From: Gemmatimonadales bacterium
GTDB taxonomy: Bacteria > Gemmatimonadota > Gemmatimonadetes > Gemmatimonadales > GWC2-71-9
NCBI GenBank assembly: GCA_965249575.1
Contig: OZ252244.1
Location: forward strand, 3,360,001-3,424,000
Length of the DNA: 64,000 nt
Direction: 5' to 3'
The position numbers and the translations under genes are program-made. Under the pieces are notes generated by a model, which did no database searches, was not told the DNA's origin, and saw nothing but the letters and a program-made list of their open reading frames with translations. Below, one piece after another: positions 17,494 to 27,074 of this stretch (the stretch's first letter is position 1; every line of letters starts with the position of its first letter).

Positions 17494-18978
17494 TCACTCC
17501 CGCTGGCCGAGCTCCTCCTCCAGCTCGGTCAACGCGACGGGCCAGCGGGGGTGTCGCGCCGCGCGAATGCGGGCGAGGGGCCCCGCGACCACCGTGACCA
17601 TACCGGAGGGTTCCAGATAGCGCGCGGCGACATCCTTGATGTCGGCGGCGGTGACGGCGCCGACCGCTTCGGGCCACTGCATTAGCTGGCTCGTGCCCCC
17701 GTGACGGACCTGCTCGACCGCGAAGGTCTCACTCGCCTTCGAGGCCCCCTCCAGGCGCCCGCGCCATTCGGCCTGGACCAGCCATCCCCGCGCGCGTGTT
17801 ACCTCGTCTTCGTGGACCGCCTCGCCGGCGTCATGTAGGCGCAGGACCTCTTCCAGACTGAAGCGAACGAGCGGGGCGACAGCCTCCGGCCGGCCTCCGG
17901 TGCGGATGTGCACCAGGCCGGTGCCCGACCCGGTCTCGGGAAGAAGGAAAGCGTCTCTGTTCGTAAGACCGCGAATCTCGCGCGCGGCGATGTTGAGCCG
18001 CTCGGACAGGATGAACCGGAGCGCTGCGAGCGCGGCGCGGTCGGTCTCCGGAATGGCACCTAACGCTTTGCCAATGGCGACCCAACCTTCGAGGCTCGGG
18101 ACGTCGACGGTGTACAGCCCACCTTCCAGCGGCTGGGGTGCGAGCGCGACTGGAGGACTCGCTCCACCTCGGGTGCGCGGCCACCCTCGAGTCGTGGCCT
18201 CGACCGCTCCTTCCACGGCGGGTAGCTCGATGTTCCCGCCGACGCCAAGAACCACACGATCGGCTCGCAGGGTGCGGGACGCCAGTGAGCGAAGGGCGCT
18301 CAGAGAGACCCTCGTTCCGGGGCTGGGTGGCGCAAGGGGGTAACCATACACGCGCCGTTCGAGCTCGACCTTTGGCCGGAAGCCATCGCCGCCGATACCC
18401 GCCATCGGCATGGTATACCCCTGGCCCGCTCGGTATTGCTGAACCATCGATGCGCTGAGGTCGGGATTCCTGAGCAGGCCGACGAGCAGCTCCAGCCCGT
18501 CACGCCAGTCCTCTGGAAGGACGTTGAGTGAAATCCGCGTCATGTCGAGCGTCTGCTCGACATCCAGCCCCGTGCCGAGCCCGGCCAGTCGCAGCGACAG
18601 CGGCTGCTTACCACCCACCGCCCCGCGTGTCGTGAGGATCTGCGTCAACAGTGCGGATGCCCCCGCCCCGCCGGCCGCCTCGTGCAAGCGCCCCAGGGGG
18701 AGCGCAGCGGTGATTCGAACCAACGGATCGGTGGGCCCGGGGATGATATACGCTTGCACGCCGCTCGTGGCCTTGAACAAGGCCCCGGACGGATCGGCGT
18801 GGGCGAACGTCGCGGCGTCGAGGTCGAGATCCCGGGGGTGAGGCCAGTCGTGATCGAGGGCCGCGCGCGTGCGGCCCGGCAACAGGTCGCCGGTTCCTCC
18901 GCAGGCAGCGAGCGCGATCGTCGCGAGCGCGGTGACCATCCACACGTGCAGACCGTTTGACTTCATCGCCGCGCTCAT
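17494..18978 (-). CDS. M16 peptidase family, non-catalytic partner subunit (lipoprotein)
   Basis: Lipobox LAAC, HPRDL, AREIRGL, AVTAADIKDVAARYL; no HxxEH. ATG 18978 overlaps the upstream stop. Confidence 0.8.
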   Translation of the reverse strand: MSAAMKSNGLHVWMVTALATIALAACGGTGDLLPGRTRAALDHDWPHPRDLDLDAATFAHADPSGALFKATSGVQAYIIPGPTDPLVRITAALPLGRLHEAAGGAGASALLTQILTTRGAVGGKQPLSLRLAGLGTGLDVEQTLDMTRISLNVLPEDWRDGLELLVGLLRNPDLSASMVQQYRAGQGYTMPMAGIGGDGFRPKVELERRVYGYPLAPPSPGTRVSLSALRSLASRTLRADRVVLGVGGNIELPAVEGAVEATTRGWPRTRGGASPPVALAPQPLEGGLYTVDVPSLEGWVAIGKALGAIPETDRAALAALRFILSERLNIAAREIRGLTNRDAFLLPETGSGTGLVHIRTGGRPEAVAPLVRFSLEEVLRLHDAGEAVHEDEVTRARGWLVQAEWRGRLEGASKASETFAVEQVRHGGTSQLMQWPEAVGAVTAADIKDVAARYLEPSGMVTVVAGPLARIRAARHPRWPVALTELEEELGQRE

Positions 18979-20588
18979 CGTCCGTCCCCCGGAAGGTCCG
19001 ACCACAGGAAGTCGAGCCAGCTCGGCCCGCTGCCCTGCGCGGGCGCCGAGCGCGCGACCGCGATCACGCGGTTCGACGGTACGAAATAGGTTCGCGCCAC
19101 GCGCGCCACGTCCTCGGCCGTCGCTCCATCTCTTCTCTGGATGTGCTCGGGGAGCGTGCTCCAATGGTTCATCGTGTGATAGTGCCCGACCAGAAACGCC
19201 AGCTCTTCGGGGTCGTTCTTGAACTGCGCCCATTGGAGTCGCAGGCGCTTGCGCGCGCGCTCGAGTGCCGCCCGGTCGATACGGCCCGCGCGCACGTCTT
19301 CCACCGTGGCCAGGAGCGCCCGCTCGACCGCGGGGAGGGCGCCGTCACTCGAGGCGGGTGCGACGAGATTGATCGCGCCCGGCGAGCCGAACCGATACGT
19401 GTGAATCACCCGAAAGTCGGCGCGGGCCGACGAAGCCGGCGCGCCCGCTCGCGCGAGCTTTGCCGCCGCCAGGCCATGGGGGCCGCTCAAGAGGGCGGCG
19501 ATCAGATCGAAAACAGGCCGGTCAGGATGGCCCATGCCGGGAATGCGATAGCGAACGTGCACCTGCGGCGACAGCGGGTCCGTCCAGTCGAGCCGGATCG
19601 ATCCACCGGGCACGGGTTCCGCCTCGACGTCCATGTCGGTGGGAGGCTCAGGCCCGCGTGGCAGCTCGCCAAAATAGCGCTCCGCGAGCGGGACGGCCTC
19701 GTCGAGCGTGATGTCGCCGACGAGCACCAACGCCGTGTTGTTGGGCACGAAGTAGTCATCGTAAATGCGGAGCATGTCGGCTCGAGTGAAGCTTCCGAAA
19801 TCCCGGAGGTGCCCGCCGTCAGGCTGGTACACAGGGTGCGAGGTAGCCGTTACCGCGTCGATCGCCTCGTTGAAGCGTGTCTGCGGCCGGCCTTGCCCGC
19901 CGAGAATCTGCTCGAGCACCGTAAAGCGCTGCGCTTCCCAGCCCCGAAAGATGGCGTTGGCCATCCGGTCAGCCTCCAGTCGGAAGAACAGCTCGAGCGA
20001 CTCGCGCGGGAGCGCCATCCCGAATTCCATGTAGTCCTGCTCGGTGCTGGCCGGAACGGGATCCAAGTGGCGAGTCAGGCCGCCGTGCTGCATGTACCAC
20101 TTGTACGAGGCCCAGTAGACGCGAAACTCGCCGACCTGATCCTCGAGCTCGTACAACGTCCGCCGCAGGGCGTCTGTTTCGGGCGTCCCCGGCCATGCCA
20201 GCTCGTCGATGAATACCGCCCTCTCGCGGAACCGATTGCGTTCCTGGCGCCGGCGCGCGATCAGCTCCTGTTCGGTCTCGTGGATCTCCTCGTGGAGTGG
20301 CAGCTCCCGGCCGAAATCCCGGGTCCCAACCGTTGTTGTCCCCTGGTAGAGGAGGTGCTCGAGGAAGTGCGTCATCCCGTGCTGCCCGTTTCCTTCCTGC
20401 ATGGAGCCGACACGGAACCAGAGATTCGCCGCCACCCGTGGCACCCGATGATCCTCCACCACGAGGATCGTGAGCCCATTGTCCAGGATGTGTTGCTGGA
20501 TTTCCACGGGTGGGGCTTGCGATTGCTCCGCGGCGATCGCAGCCGGCGCGGTGGCGAGAAAACCTGTGGCGAACAAAACTCTTCTCAC
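18975..20588 (-). CDS. M16 (pitrilysin/insulinase) zinc peptidase
   Basis: LDNGLTILVVEDH, GMTHFLEH (HxxEH), EADRM, YFVPNN; signal peptide. Confidence 0.9.
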   Translation of the reverse strand: MRRVLFATGFLATAPAAIAAEQSQAPPVEIQQHILDNGLTILVVEDHRVPRVAANLWFRVGSMQEGNGQHGMTHFLEHLLYQGTTTVGTRDFGRELPLHEEIHETEQELIARRRQERNRFRERAVFIDELAWPGTPETDALRRTLYELEDQVGEFRVYWASYKWYMQHGGLTRHLDPVPASTEQDYMEFGMALPRESLELFFRLEADRMANAIFRGWEAQRFTVLEQILGGQGRPQTRFNEAIDAVTATSHPVYQPDGGHLRDFGSFTRADMLRIYDDYFVPNNTALVLVGDITLDEAVPLAERYFGELPRGPEPPTDMDVEAEPVPGGSIRLDWTDPLSPQVHVRYRIPGMGHPDRPVFDLIAALLSGPHGLAAAKLARAGAPASSARADFRVIHTYRFGSPGAINLVAPASSDGALPAVERALLATVEDVRAGRIDRAALERARKRLRLQWAQFKNDPEELAFLVGHYHTMNHWSTLPEHIQRRDGATAEDVARVARTYFVPSNRVIAVARSAPAQGSGPSWLDFLWSDLPGDGR

Positions 20589-20806
20589 GCTGGGCTCTCT
20601 TTCGGCGGTGTGGTAACCAGGCGTCGACGCGGGGACGTCGGTGTCTACTCCGCCGGGATCCCCTTCGACGCCGCGGCGGCCTCTACAATGCAGCGGCGTC
20701 CGGGAGATGGCCAGCGGGCTATGTCAGGTCGGCGCGTGTGCCTGTGGTATGTTTGCGCCGCGGCTCGGTTTATTCTTCCTGTCCCGAAGTCACTGAGGGT
20801 CAAGAT

Positions 20807-21901
20807 ATGAGATTCAAGCTTCCCCTGGTTGCGATCGCCATTTTCGCATCGGCGGCCTCGGGCCAAGAGATGGGCGTACGAGAGTACGAGCCCAAGACGT
20901 CGCTGATCGTTCTGGCACACCCACTCACGAGAGCGGCATTTCCCTTCGTTGACATACATGGTCATCAGCGAGGCCACACCATGTCGGCCGACCAGGTGGA
21001 CGCGTTGGTCCGGGGCATGGACGATATGAACATGGGCGTCATGGTGAACCTGAGCGGCGGGACGGGGGAGCGATTGCGGCAGGGCATGGCGAATCTCAAG
21101 GGCCGCGCGCCCAACCGGTTCGTCCTTTTCGCCAACACGAGCTACGAGGGCATCGACGACCCCGGTTACGCCGAGCGTATTGCGGCTCAACTCGAGGCGG
21201 ATGTCCAGAATGGGGCGCAGGGCCTGAAGATTTTCAAGAATCACGGGATGTACGTTTTCGACGGGGCGGGGAATCGGGTGGCGACTGACGACCCGCGATT
21301 CGATCCACTCTGGGCCAAGGCCGGCGAGCTGGGCATCCCCGTGCTCATCCACACCGCCGATCCGCACCAATTCTGGCTGCCGCACGACAAGTACAACGAG
21401 CGATGGCAGGAGCTTGTCGAGCGCCCGCGCCGAAAGCGTCCTCCCGAGCCGACGTGGGAAACCCTCATGCAGGAACAGTGGAGCGTGTTTCAGAAGCACC
21501 CGGACACGCAGTTTATCTCCGCGCACCTCTCGTGGCTGGGGCACGATCTCGGCAGGCTCGGGAAGCTCCTAGACGAGCTTCCCAACATGCACGTCGGTCT
21601 TGGGGCCGTGATCTACGAGTTCGGCCGCCAGCCGCGGTTCGCCAGGCAGTTCCTGCTGGAGCACGGTGAACGCGTCCTGATGGGCAAGGACTCCTACAAC
21701 CGGGACGAGTTCAACACGTACTTCCGCGTACTGGAAACCGCCGACGAATACTTCGACTACTACCGGGATTACCACGCTTTTTGGCAGATGTACGGACTCG
21801 ACTTGCCGAATTACGTGTTGCGGCAGGTCTATTACGAGAATGCGGCGAGACTCATTCCGGGTCTGAAAGAGGAGGACATTCTCTCGGCGGTCTACCGTTA
21901 G
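20807..21901 (+). CDS. Exported amidohydrolase-family protein
   Basis: Signal peptide MRFKLPLVAIAIF; DIHGH, GLKIFK, PVLIHTADP, SAH, MGKD, YYENA. Confidence 0.88.
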   Translation: MRFKLPLVAIAIFASAASGQEMGVREYEPKTSLIVLAHPLTRAAFPFVDIHGHQRGHTMSADQVDALVRGMDDMNMGVMVNLSGGTGERLRQGMANLKGRAPNRFVLFANTSYEGIDDPGYAERIAAQLEADVQNGAQGLKIFKNHGMYVFDGAGNRVATDDPRFDPLWAKAGELGIPVLIHTADPHQFWLPHDKYNERWQELVERPRRKRPPEPTWETLMQEQWSVFQKHPDTQFISAHLSWLGHDLGRLGKLLDELPNMHVGLGAVIYEFGRQPRFARQFLLEHGERVLMGKDSYNRDEFNTYFRVLETADEYFDYYRDYHAFWQMYGLDLPNYVLRQVYYENAARLIPGLKEEDILSAVYR

Positions 21902-21904
21902 GGA

Positions 21905-22132
21905 TCAAACGATGGGTGGTGTCGGTCGTGCATGCTCCAGCTTCCCCTTCCAGGCCGCCTCGAAACGGTGAATGAGTGCGGGATAGATCAGGCGCCGTCG
22001 GAATGGATCGATCATCGCCATGTAAAACGGTGTGAATCGATTGACGGGTTTGACGTGATTCGCCCAGTAGAGTGTATACCCCCCAGGTGCTGGCTCGAGG
22101 GCAAAGGCGAGCAACGCGTGCACCGTAGCCTG
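21905..22132 (-). pseudogene. C-terminal remnant of a DUF2867-like protein
   Basis: ATVHALLAFALEPAPGGYTLYWANHVKPVNRFTPFYMAMIDPFRRRLIYP begins immediately after the upstream gene's stop, with no N-terminus or RBS. Confidence 0.5.
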
Positions 22133-22134
22133 GC

Positions 22135-23703
22135 TTAGCTACCGTCCGCCGGGTCGAGCAGGGTGCGCAGTTGCTCGCGGGGCTCGAACAGTGTGGGGGC
22201 GTGGCGCCAGAGCTGCTCAAGTGCTTGCCCGTGCCGTTTCGCCAGGTCGGGACTTCCCGCCTGGAGAGCGGCCCGTGTCAGACCAAGGAGGGAGTGCGCC
22301 CGGTTCGGGGTCCGGACCAAGCTCTCACGATATGCTGTCACCGCGTCGCGCGGTTTTTCGAGCCTCAGCAACATGTCGCCGACGAGCTCTTGCGGTGGCT
22401 TTACCGTAGGGGGCGGCCCGAATTCAAACGGTAGGGAGCTCTCCCGCTCGGCGGCCCGCCGTGCAATGCGCAAGCCGGCTTCCGAGTCGCCCTCGGTGAA
22501 ACGAATGCGTGCCTCGAGAATGTCTCTCGAAACGGTCATTTGTCCGAAGGCCGTCTCCGGGATCGTCCCCGAGAGAGTCGCGAGGAATCCATCCATCGAT
22601 TCCAATGATGTCCGGGCCTCCGCGATGCGGCCTGTATGGACGGCGCTCCACCCATCGGCGTAGGAGATGAATGCGGCCGGCCGGGCGCCGGGCTCGAACG
22701 CCAACGTCATCTTCGCCGCCGGCCCGTCCCAATCGCCGGTTTCCACCAGATAGTGCGCGCGCATCCTGGCGAAGTAACTCAGGAGAGACGGCGTCCGTCG
22801 CTCCCGGGCTTCCTCGTACACGGCCTGGAGATAGCGAAGGGCGTCGTCGTGTCTTCCCTGCTGGAGATACCCGTACTCGAGCCAATGGGTGTAGTGACCA
22901 TTCCGGCGACCCGATACCTCCCACGCGCGTTCATTCGCGGCGACCACGTTGTCCCACATCCCCATGGCGGTGAAGATGTGCGACGTCATGTGCTGGGCGT
23001 GCGCCGCCCCCGGTGCGATCTCGGTGTAAGCCCGCGCGGCGGTCAAGCCGAGCGGCGCATGGATGGGATCGTCGAACGAGTGAATCAAATAGTGCACCGC
23101 GCCGGGATGATCCCGGTTCCGGTCGAAGACTTGCTGCGCAATGGACGCCGCACGCATGTACGTTGTGAATTGCCGGTCGCCGTCGTCTAGGCCGAGGATC
23201 GACAGGGCGTAGAAGGCCCGTGCCTCGTCGTCATCGGGATACGCGTTGACGAGGTCCTCCATCGCCGCGGAGTAGAGCGTGTCCCGCACGTTCTTGGCCC
23301 CGTCACCGTACAACACCTCGACTGCGCGGAGGTAGCCGGCTTCCCGCTGGGTCTGGGCCCGAGCATGACGGACCTCCGCGGTTGGACCGAGCCGCTCGAG
23401 TATCTCCCGCGCGGCGTCGCGGTCCTGCTGTTTCCAAAGCGGGTGGTTGTGGGTCATGGCCTCGCCCCAATAGGCCATGACAAACGAGGAGTCGATGACC
23501 TGCGCCCTGCGGAACGCCGCGGCCGCGCGTTCGAATTCAAAGCTGTGCAACAGGAGGGCACCCAGGAGAAACTGCTCCTGGGCCGGTGAGGTCCCGGAGG
23601 TCGGGAAATCGATAGTGCCGAGGCGCTCCTGGGACCACACGGGGGAGGCCGCGAGAGCACCGAGAAGTAACAAAGGCAATAGTGATCGACAGCGACTGGA
23701 CAT
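22135..23703 (-). CDS. Exported TPR/helical-repeat protein with His-rich motifs
   Basis: Signal peptide; LGTIDFPTS, LLHSFEF, MAYWGEAM, HPGAVHYLIH, AHAQHMTSHIF. Confidence 0.8.
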   Translation of the reverse strand: MSSRCRSLLPLLLLGALAASPVWSQERLGTIDFPTSGTSPAQEQFLLGALLLHSFEFERAAAAFRRAQVIDSSFVMAYWGEAMTHNHPLWKQQDRDAAREILERLGPTAEVRHARAQTQREAGYLRAVEVLYGDGAKNVRDTLYSAAMEDLVNAYPDDDEARAFYALSILGLDDGDRQFTTYMRAASIAQQVFDRNRDHPGAVHYLIHSFDDPIHAPLGLTAARAYTEIAPGAAHAQHMTSHIFTAMGMWDNVVAANERAWEVSGRRNGHYTHWLEYGYLQQGRHDDALRYLQAVYEEARERRTPSLLSYFARMRAHYLVETGDWDGPAAKMTLAFEPGARPAAFISYADGWSAVHTGRIAEARTSLESMDGFLATLSGTIPETAFGQMTVSRDILEARIRFTEGDSEAGLRIARRAAERESSLPFEFGPPPTVKPPQELVGDMLLRLEKPRDAVTAYRESLVRTPNRAHSLLGLTRAALQAGSPDLAKRHGQALEQLWRHAPTLFEPREQLRTLLDPADGS

Positions 23704-23911
23704 GTTTGGCTCGCGGGTGGGGCATGGGTGGTGAATCAAGGCCGGCCGGGCCCGGACTCTACGAGGAACATGTCGGCGATGGACTCCATCCGTCAAATTA
23801 AGGAGGGTGAAGGGATCGGCGAGTTCATGGGGATTGTACGGGAGATCGACGAAGCGCGCCTGGTTCTGGCGGTAGACCGACGCCTAAAAGACTTGATAAG
23901 GGCGCCACCGA

Positions 23912-25567
23912 TCACACTCGGACGGGGGCACCATGACCGACCCCGCTCGAGGATCGCTGTGTCTTGGACACGTGGTGCGCGTCCCACCATTGCCAAGCGC
24001 GCTGCCGCGTCCAGGGCTCCGGGATCGGGATGGCTTCGAGGGCCGCCCGTAGGTCGTCGGCAGATTGCGGCCGGTCGTTCCGGTCCTTCGCTAGGCACTT
24101 GAGGATCAGGTCGTCGATCTCCTCCGGGAGGTCGAACTTGCTGCGGAGTGAAGGAGGGTCAGGTTGCTCCTGGACGTGCTTCAGGATGGTCTCCATCGGT
24201 GAGCGGCCTTTGAAAACGTAGCGGCCGGTCAGCAGCCAGAAACCCACGCATCCGACGGCGTAGATGTCGCTTCGTGCGTCGAGCTCGCCACTGCCGAGCG
24301 CTTGTTCTGGCGACATGTACGCGGGCGTGCCGCCCGTCGAATGATCGGCGGTCAGCTTGTCCCCATCATCGCGGGGTGCTGCCTGGTGTTTGACTAGGCC
24401 GAAATCCAGCACTTTCACGAAGTCTAGCTCGCGTCCCTGCCGGCAGGCGTAAATGTTGGCCGGCTTGACGTCCCGGTGAATCAGTCCGGCGTCGTGAGCC
24501 TCTGCGAGCGAATCGCTGAGATCGCGCAGGAAGTGCAGGGCGCGCTCGGGAGGCACGGGTCCGAACTGCTTGACCAGCTCCTCGAGATCGAAGCCGTCCA
24601 GCAGTTCCATCACGTAGTAAAACGTGCCGTCGTCGGTCACGCCGAAGTCGTATAGCTCAATGGTGTGCGAAGAGCGGAGCAGCGCGGTGGCCTGCGCCTC
24701 CCGTTCGAAGCGCTGTTTGATCACCGTGGCGCTTTCGGCGTACTGGCCGCCCAAGACCTCGGGGCGAATGAGCTTGATCGCGGCGGGCCGGGCCAACGTC
24801 CGGTGCTCGGCGCTCCAGACCTCACCCATTCCTCCCTTTCCCAGCCGCTCGACGAGACGGTAGCTGCCCATCTCGCGCGCCTCTCGCACTGCACGACCGA
24901 GCCGGTACACGATGCGGGCACCCTGGTACGCCATGCCGACCACCAGTATGTTCGGAAACACGAGCGTGAAGAAGAACTCGACGCCATTGAGTGCGACCTG
25001 GTTCGTGCCGAGCGCGAGGTTGAGTCCGAAGACTGTGGGTACCGCACTCACCGACAGCACGGCGGCCCCGAGTGCGACGCGTGGGGGTGTCGGCACGGCA
25101 ATCGTGAACAGCATGACCCAGGCGGTTACCCAAGACAGCCCGAACCCCCCTACTCCCATGTCGTGGTAAACGATTGGAGACGTGATGTCGTGGTACTCTG
25201 CGAGGGCGATTCCGTAGCTGCCGACGATCTCGAACAGAATGCCGACTCGGAGCTTCGCAGTGCGGCCCAGATTGGATCGCATGAGGAAGGCCACCACGAG
25301 CGCGACGGTGATGGAAGCCGCCCCCGGCAGCCAGTGATCGACCTCCGAGAAGAACAGGCTGCGCGTATCCCGACGCAGCAAGGGCGGAAAGTACGCGGCC
25401 ATGAAATAGGTGAATGCGTATACGAGGGCGATCACGCCCACGCGGCTGACCGATGCCTCGAGCAGCTCGGGAGGCAGCGACCGGGCGGCGCCGAACGGGC
25501 CGGTGGTGCGCTGCCGGTCTACCTCTCGAATCAGTAGGGTATCGGGCCCGCTGGACTCGACGCTCAT
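23912..25567 (-). CDS. Ser/Thr protein kinase with an N-terminal multi-TM domain
   Basis: LGKGGMGEV, AIKLI, HRDVKPAN, DFGL, GTPAYMSPE, SDIYAVG; about five TM helices precede the kinase domain. Confidence 0.93.
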   Translation of the reverse strand: MSVESSGPDTLLIREVDRQRTTGPFGAARSLPPELLEASVSRVGVIALVYAFTYFMAAYFPPLLRRDTRSLFFSEVDHWLPGAASITVALVVAFLMRSNLGRTAKLRVGILFEIVGSYGIALAEYHDITSPIVYHDMGVGGFGLSWVTAWVMLFTIAVPTPPRVALGAAVLSVSAVPTVFGLNLALGTNQVALNGVEFFFTLVFPNILVVGMAYQGARIVYRLGRAVREAREMGSYRLVERLGKGGMGEVWSAEHRTLARPAAIKLIRPEVLGGQYAESATVIKQRFEREAQATALLRSSHTIELYDFGVTDDGTFYYVMELLDGFDLEELVKQFGPVPPERALHFLRDLSDSLAEAHDAGLIHRDVKPANIYACRQGRELDFVKVLDFGLVKHQAAPRDDGDKLTADHSTGGTPAYMSPEQALGSGELDARSDIYAVGCVGFWLLTGRYVFKGRSPMETILKHVQEQPDPPSLRSKFDLPEEIDDLILKCLAKDRNDRPQSADDLRAALEAIPIPEPWTRQRAWQWWDAHHVSKTQRSSSGVGHGAPVRV

Positions 25568-25982
25568 GCGCAACCCGCGCTCGTCGAGTGGTGCTTCGAA
25601 TCTGCCTTGATCCGCTCGATCATCTGTACCGACACCGTATCTCGCCGGGCCGTATCATTACTGCGCCGATCAAATGCCGTTCAGGTGACGCGTCGTCGTC
25701 GTACGGTGTCTCCGTTACCCAGTTCATCTCGTTCAGTCCAGTTTGAGCGACGCGCTGGCTGTAGGAATGTCGGTAACACGTACCACGATCAACTAGTGGC
25801 GTCAACCGTCCCGCAAGGTGGTTTCCATAGGGGCATTGGCGTGTGCCGTCACCGTGTGCTGGCGCCGGTCTCGACCCGATTCTACATTCCCGAGCCCAGT
25901 CGAGCTCATCGTCATACAATGTCGACGTTGACTGGATCCGGAGGTCTTCTCTGCGTAAAGAAGAACGGAATGGCCATGCGAC

Positions 25983-27074
25983 ATGATTAGGCGCTTCCTA
26001 GTTATTGCGTGCGCGGGACTGTCGGTATTCCCTGCCGGCGACGCCGGCGCTCAGGATGCGTCTAGGACCGTTCGGTTGGGGATTGTCATGGACGGTCCGT
26101 CTGAACGCTACAGGGACTTCCGCGACCTCCTTCAGAATGAGATCGTCGACCTGTTGTCCCGCGAGTTCGTGCCGACGTTCCCGCCGGGCAAGCTCATTGT
26201 GGCGGATTGGACGAGCAGCAGTGTGTCGGCTGCCCTCGTACAGCTCCTGGAAGACGATGATGTAGACATGGTGCTCGCGCTCGGCGTCCTCGCGTCGCAG
26301 CATGCCGCCGAGCTCGACTCATTAGAGAAGCCGGTCGTGGCGCCGTTCGTCCTGGACACGGACCTCCAGTCATTGCCCCGGGAGGAGGGAGCGTCCGGCG
26401 TCGCGAATCTCAACTACGTGATTCTGCCCTCCCCGTTCGCCCGGGACATCGATGCCTTCCGAGAGCTACTGCCGTTTCGGAGGCTAGCGGTGCTGATGAA
26501 TCGTCCGTACGCGGACGCGTTGCCCGATTTCACCACCCGAGTCCGCGAGGCCGTGACGGCGGTGGGAGCGGAGGCAACGCTAATCCCCGTTGATCGATCG
26601 GTGACCGCGGCCCTCGACGGCCTGCCGCCGGATGCCGATGCCGTGTATGTCTTTCCGCTCCTGCAGTTGACCTCGGCGGACATCGAGCAGCTCGCTGACG
26701 GCCTCATCGATCGCGGCCTGCCCTCCTTCTCGTTCCTCGGAGAAGCTGAGGTCGAGCGGGGGCTCCTGGCGACCCTCAACACCGAAGCCCAGTGGACCCG
26801 ACTGGCGCGCCGGACCGCTTTGAACGTACAGCGCCTCATCCTGGGCGAGGCCGCGGGGGACATTCCGGTCGCGTTCAGCCGGGAGGAGCGGTTCACGATC
26901 AACATGGGCACCGCCCGATCCATCAACCTCTACCCGCCCTGGTCGGTCCTGACCGAGGCCGTGCTCCTCAACGAGATTCGGACCGACGTGACGAGGCGGC
27001 TCTCGCTCGCGTCCGCGGACCATCGGGCAGCTCGACGGGGAGCTCCAGTTCGCCAGGGCGGAGGCGACTCGTGA
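25983..27074 (+). pseudogene. ABC substrate-binding-like exported domain, 3'-truncated (possibly N-terminal half of an SBP-TolC fusion)
   Basis: Signal peptide, GIVMDGP, SGVANLNY, LPSFS..EVERGLL, INMGTARSI..LTEAVLL. At RRLSLASA the coding sense switches to another frame belonging to a different protein. Confidence 0.6.

Noticed and set aside
18957..20810. Long antisense ORFs (e.g. 18957..20810 +, 45684..47432 -, 33206..34306 +, 50793..51791 -)
   Set aside because: Shadow ORFs opposite well-supported genes, typical of high-GC DNA.
25607..25980. ORFs 25620..25919 (-) and 25607..25990 (+)
   Set aside because: No RBS or recognisable motif; probably intergenic or heavily decayed sequence.
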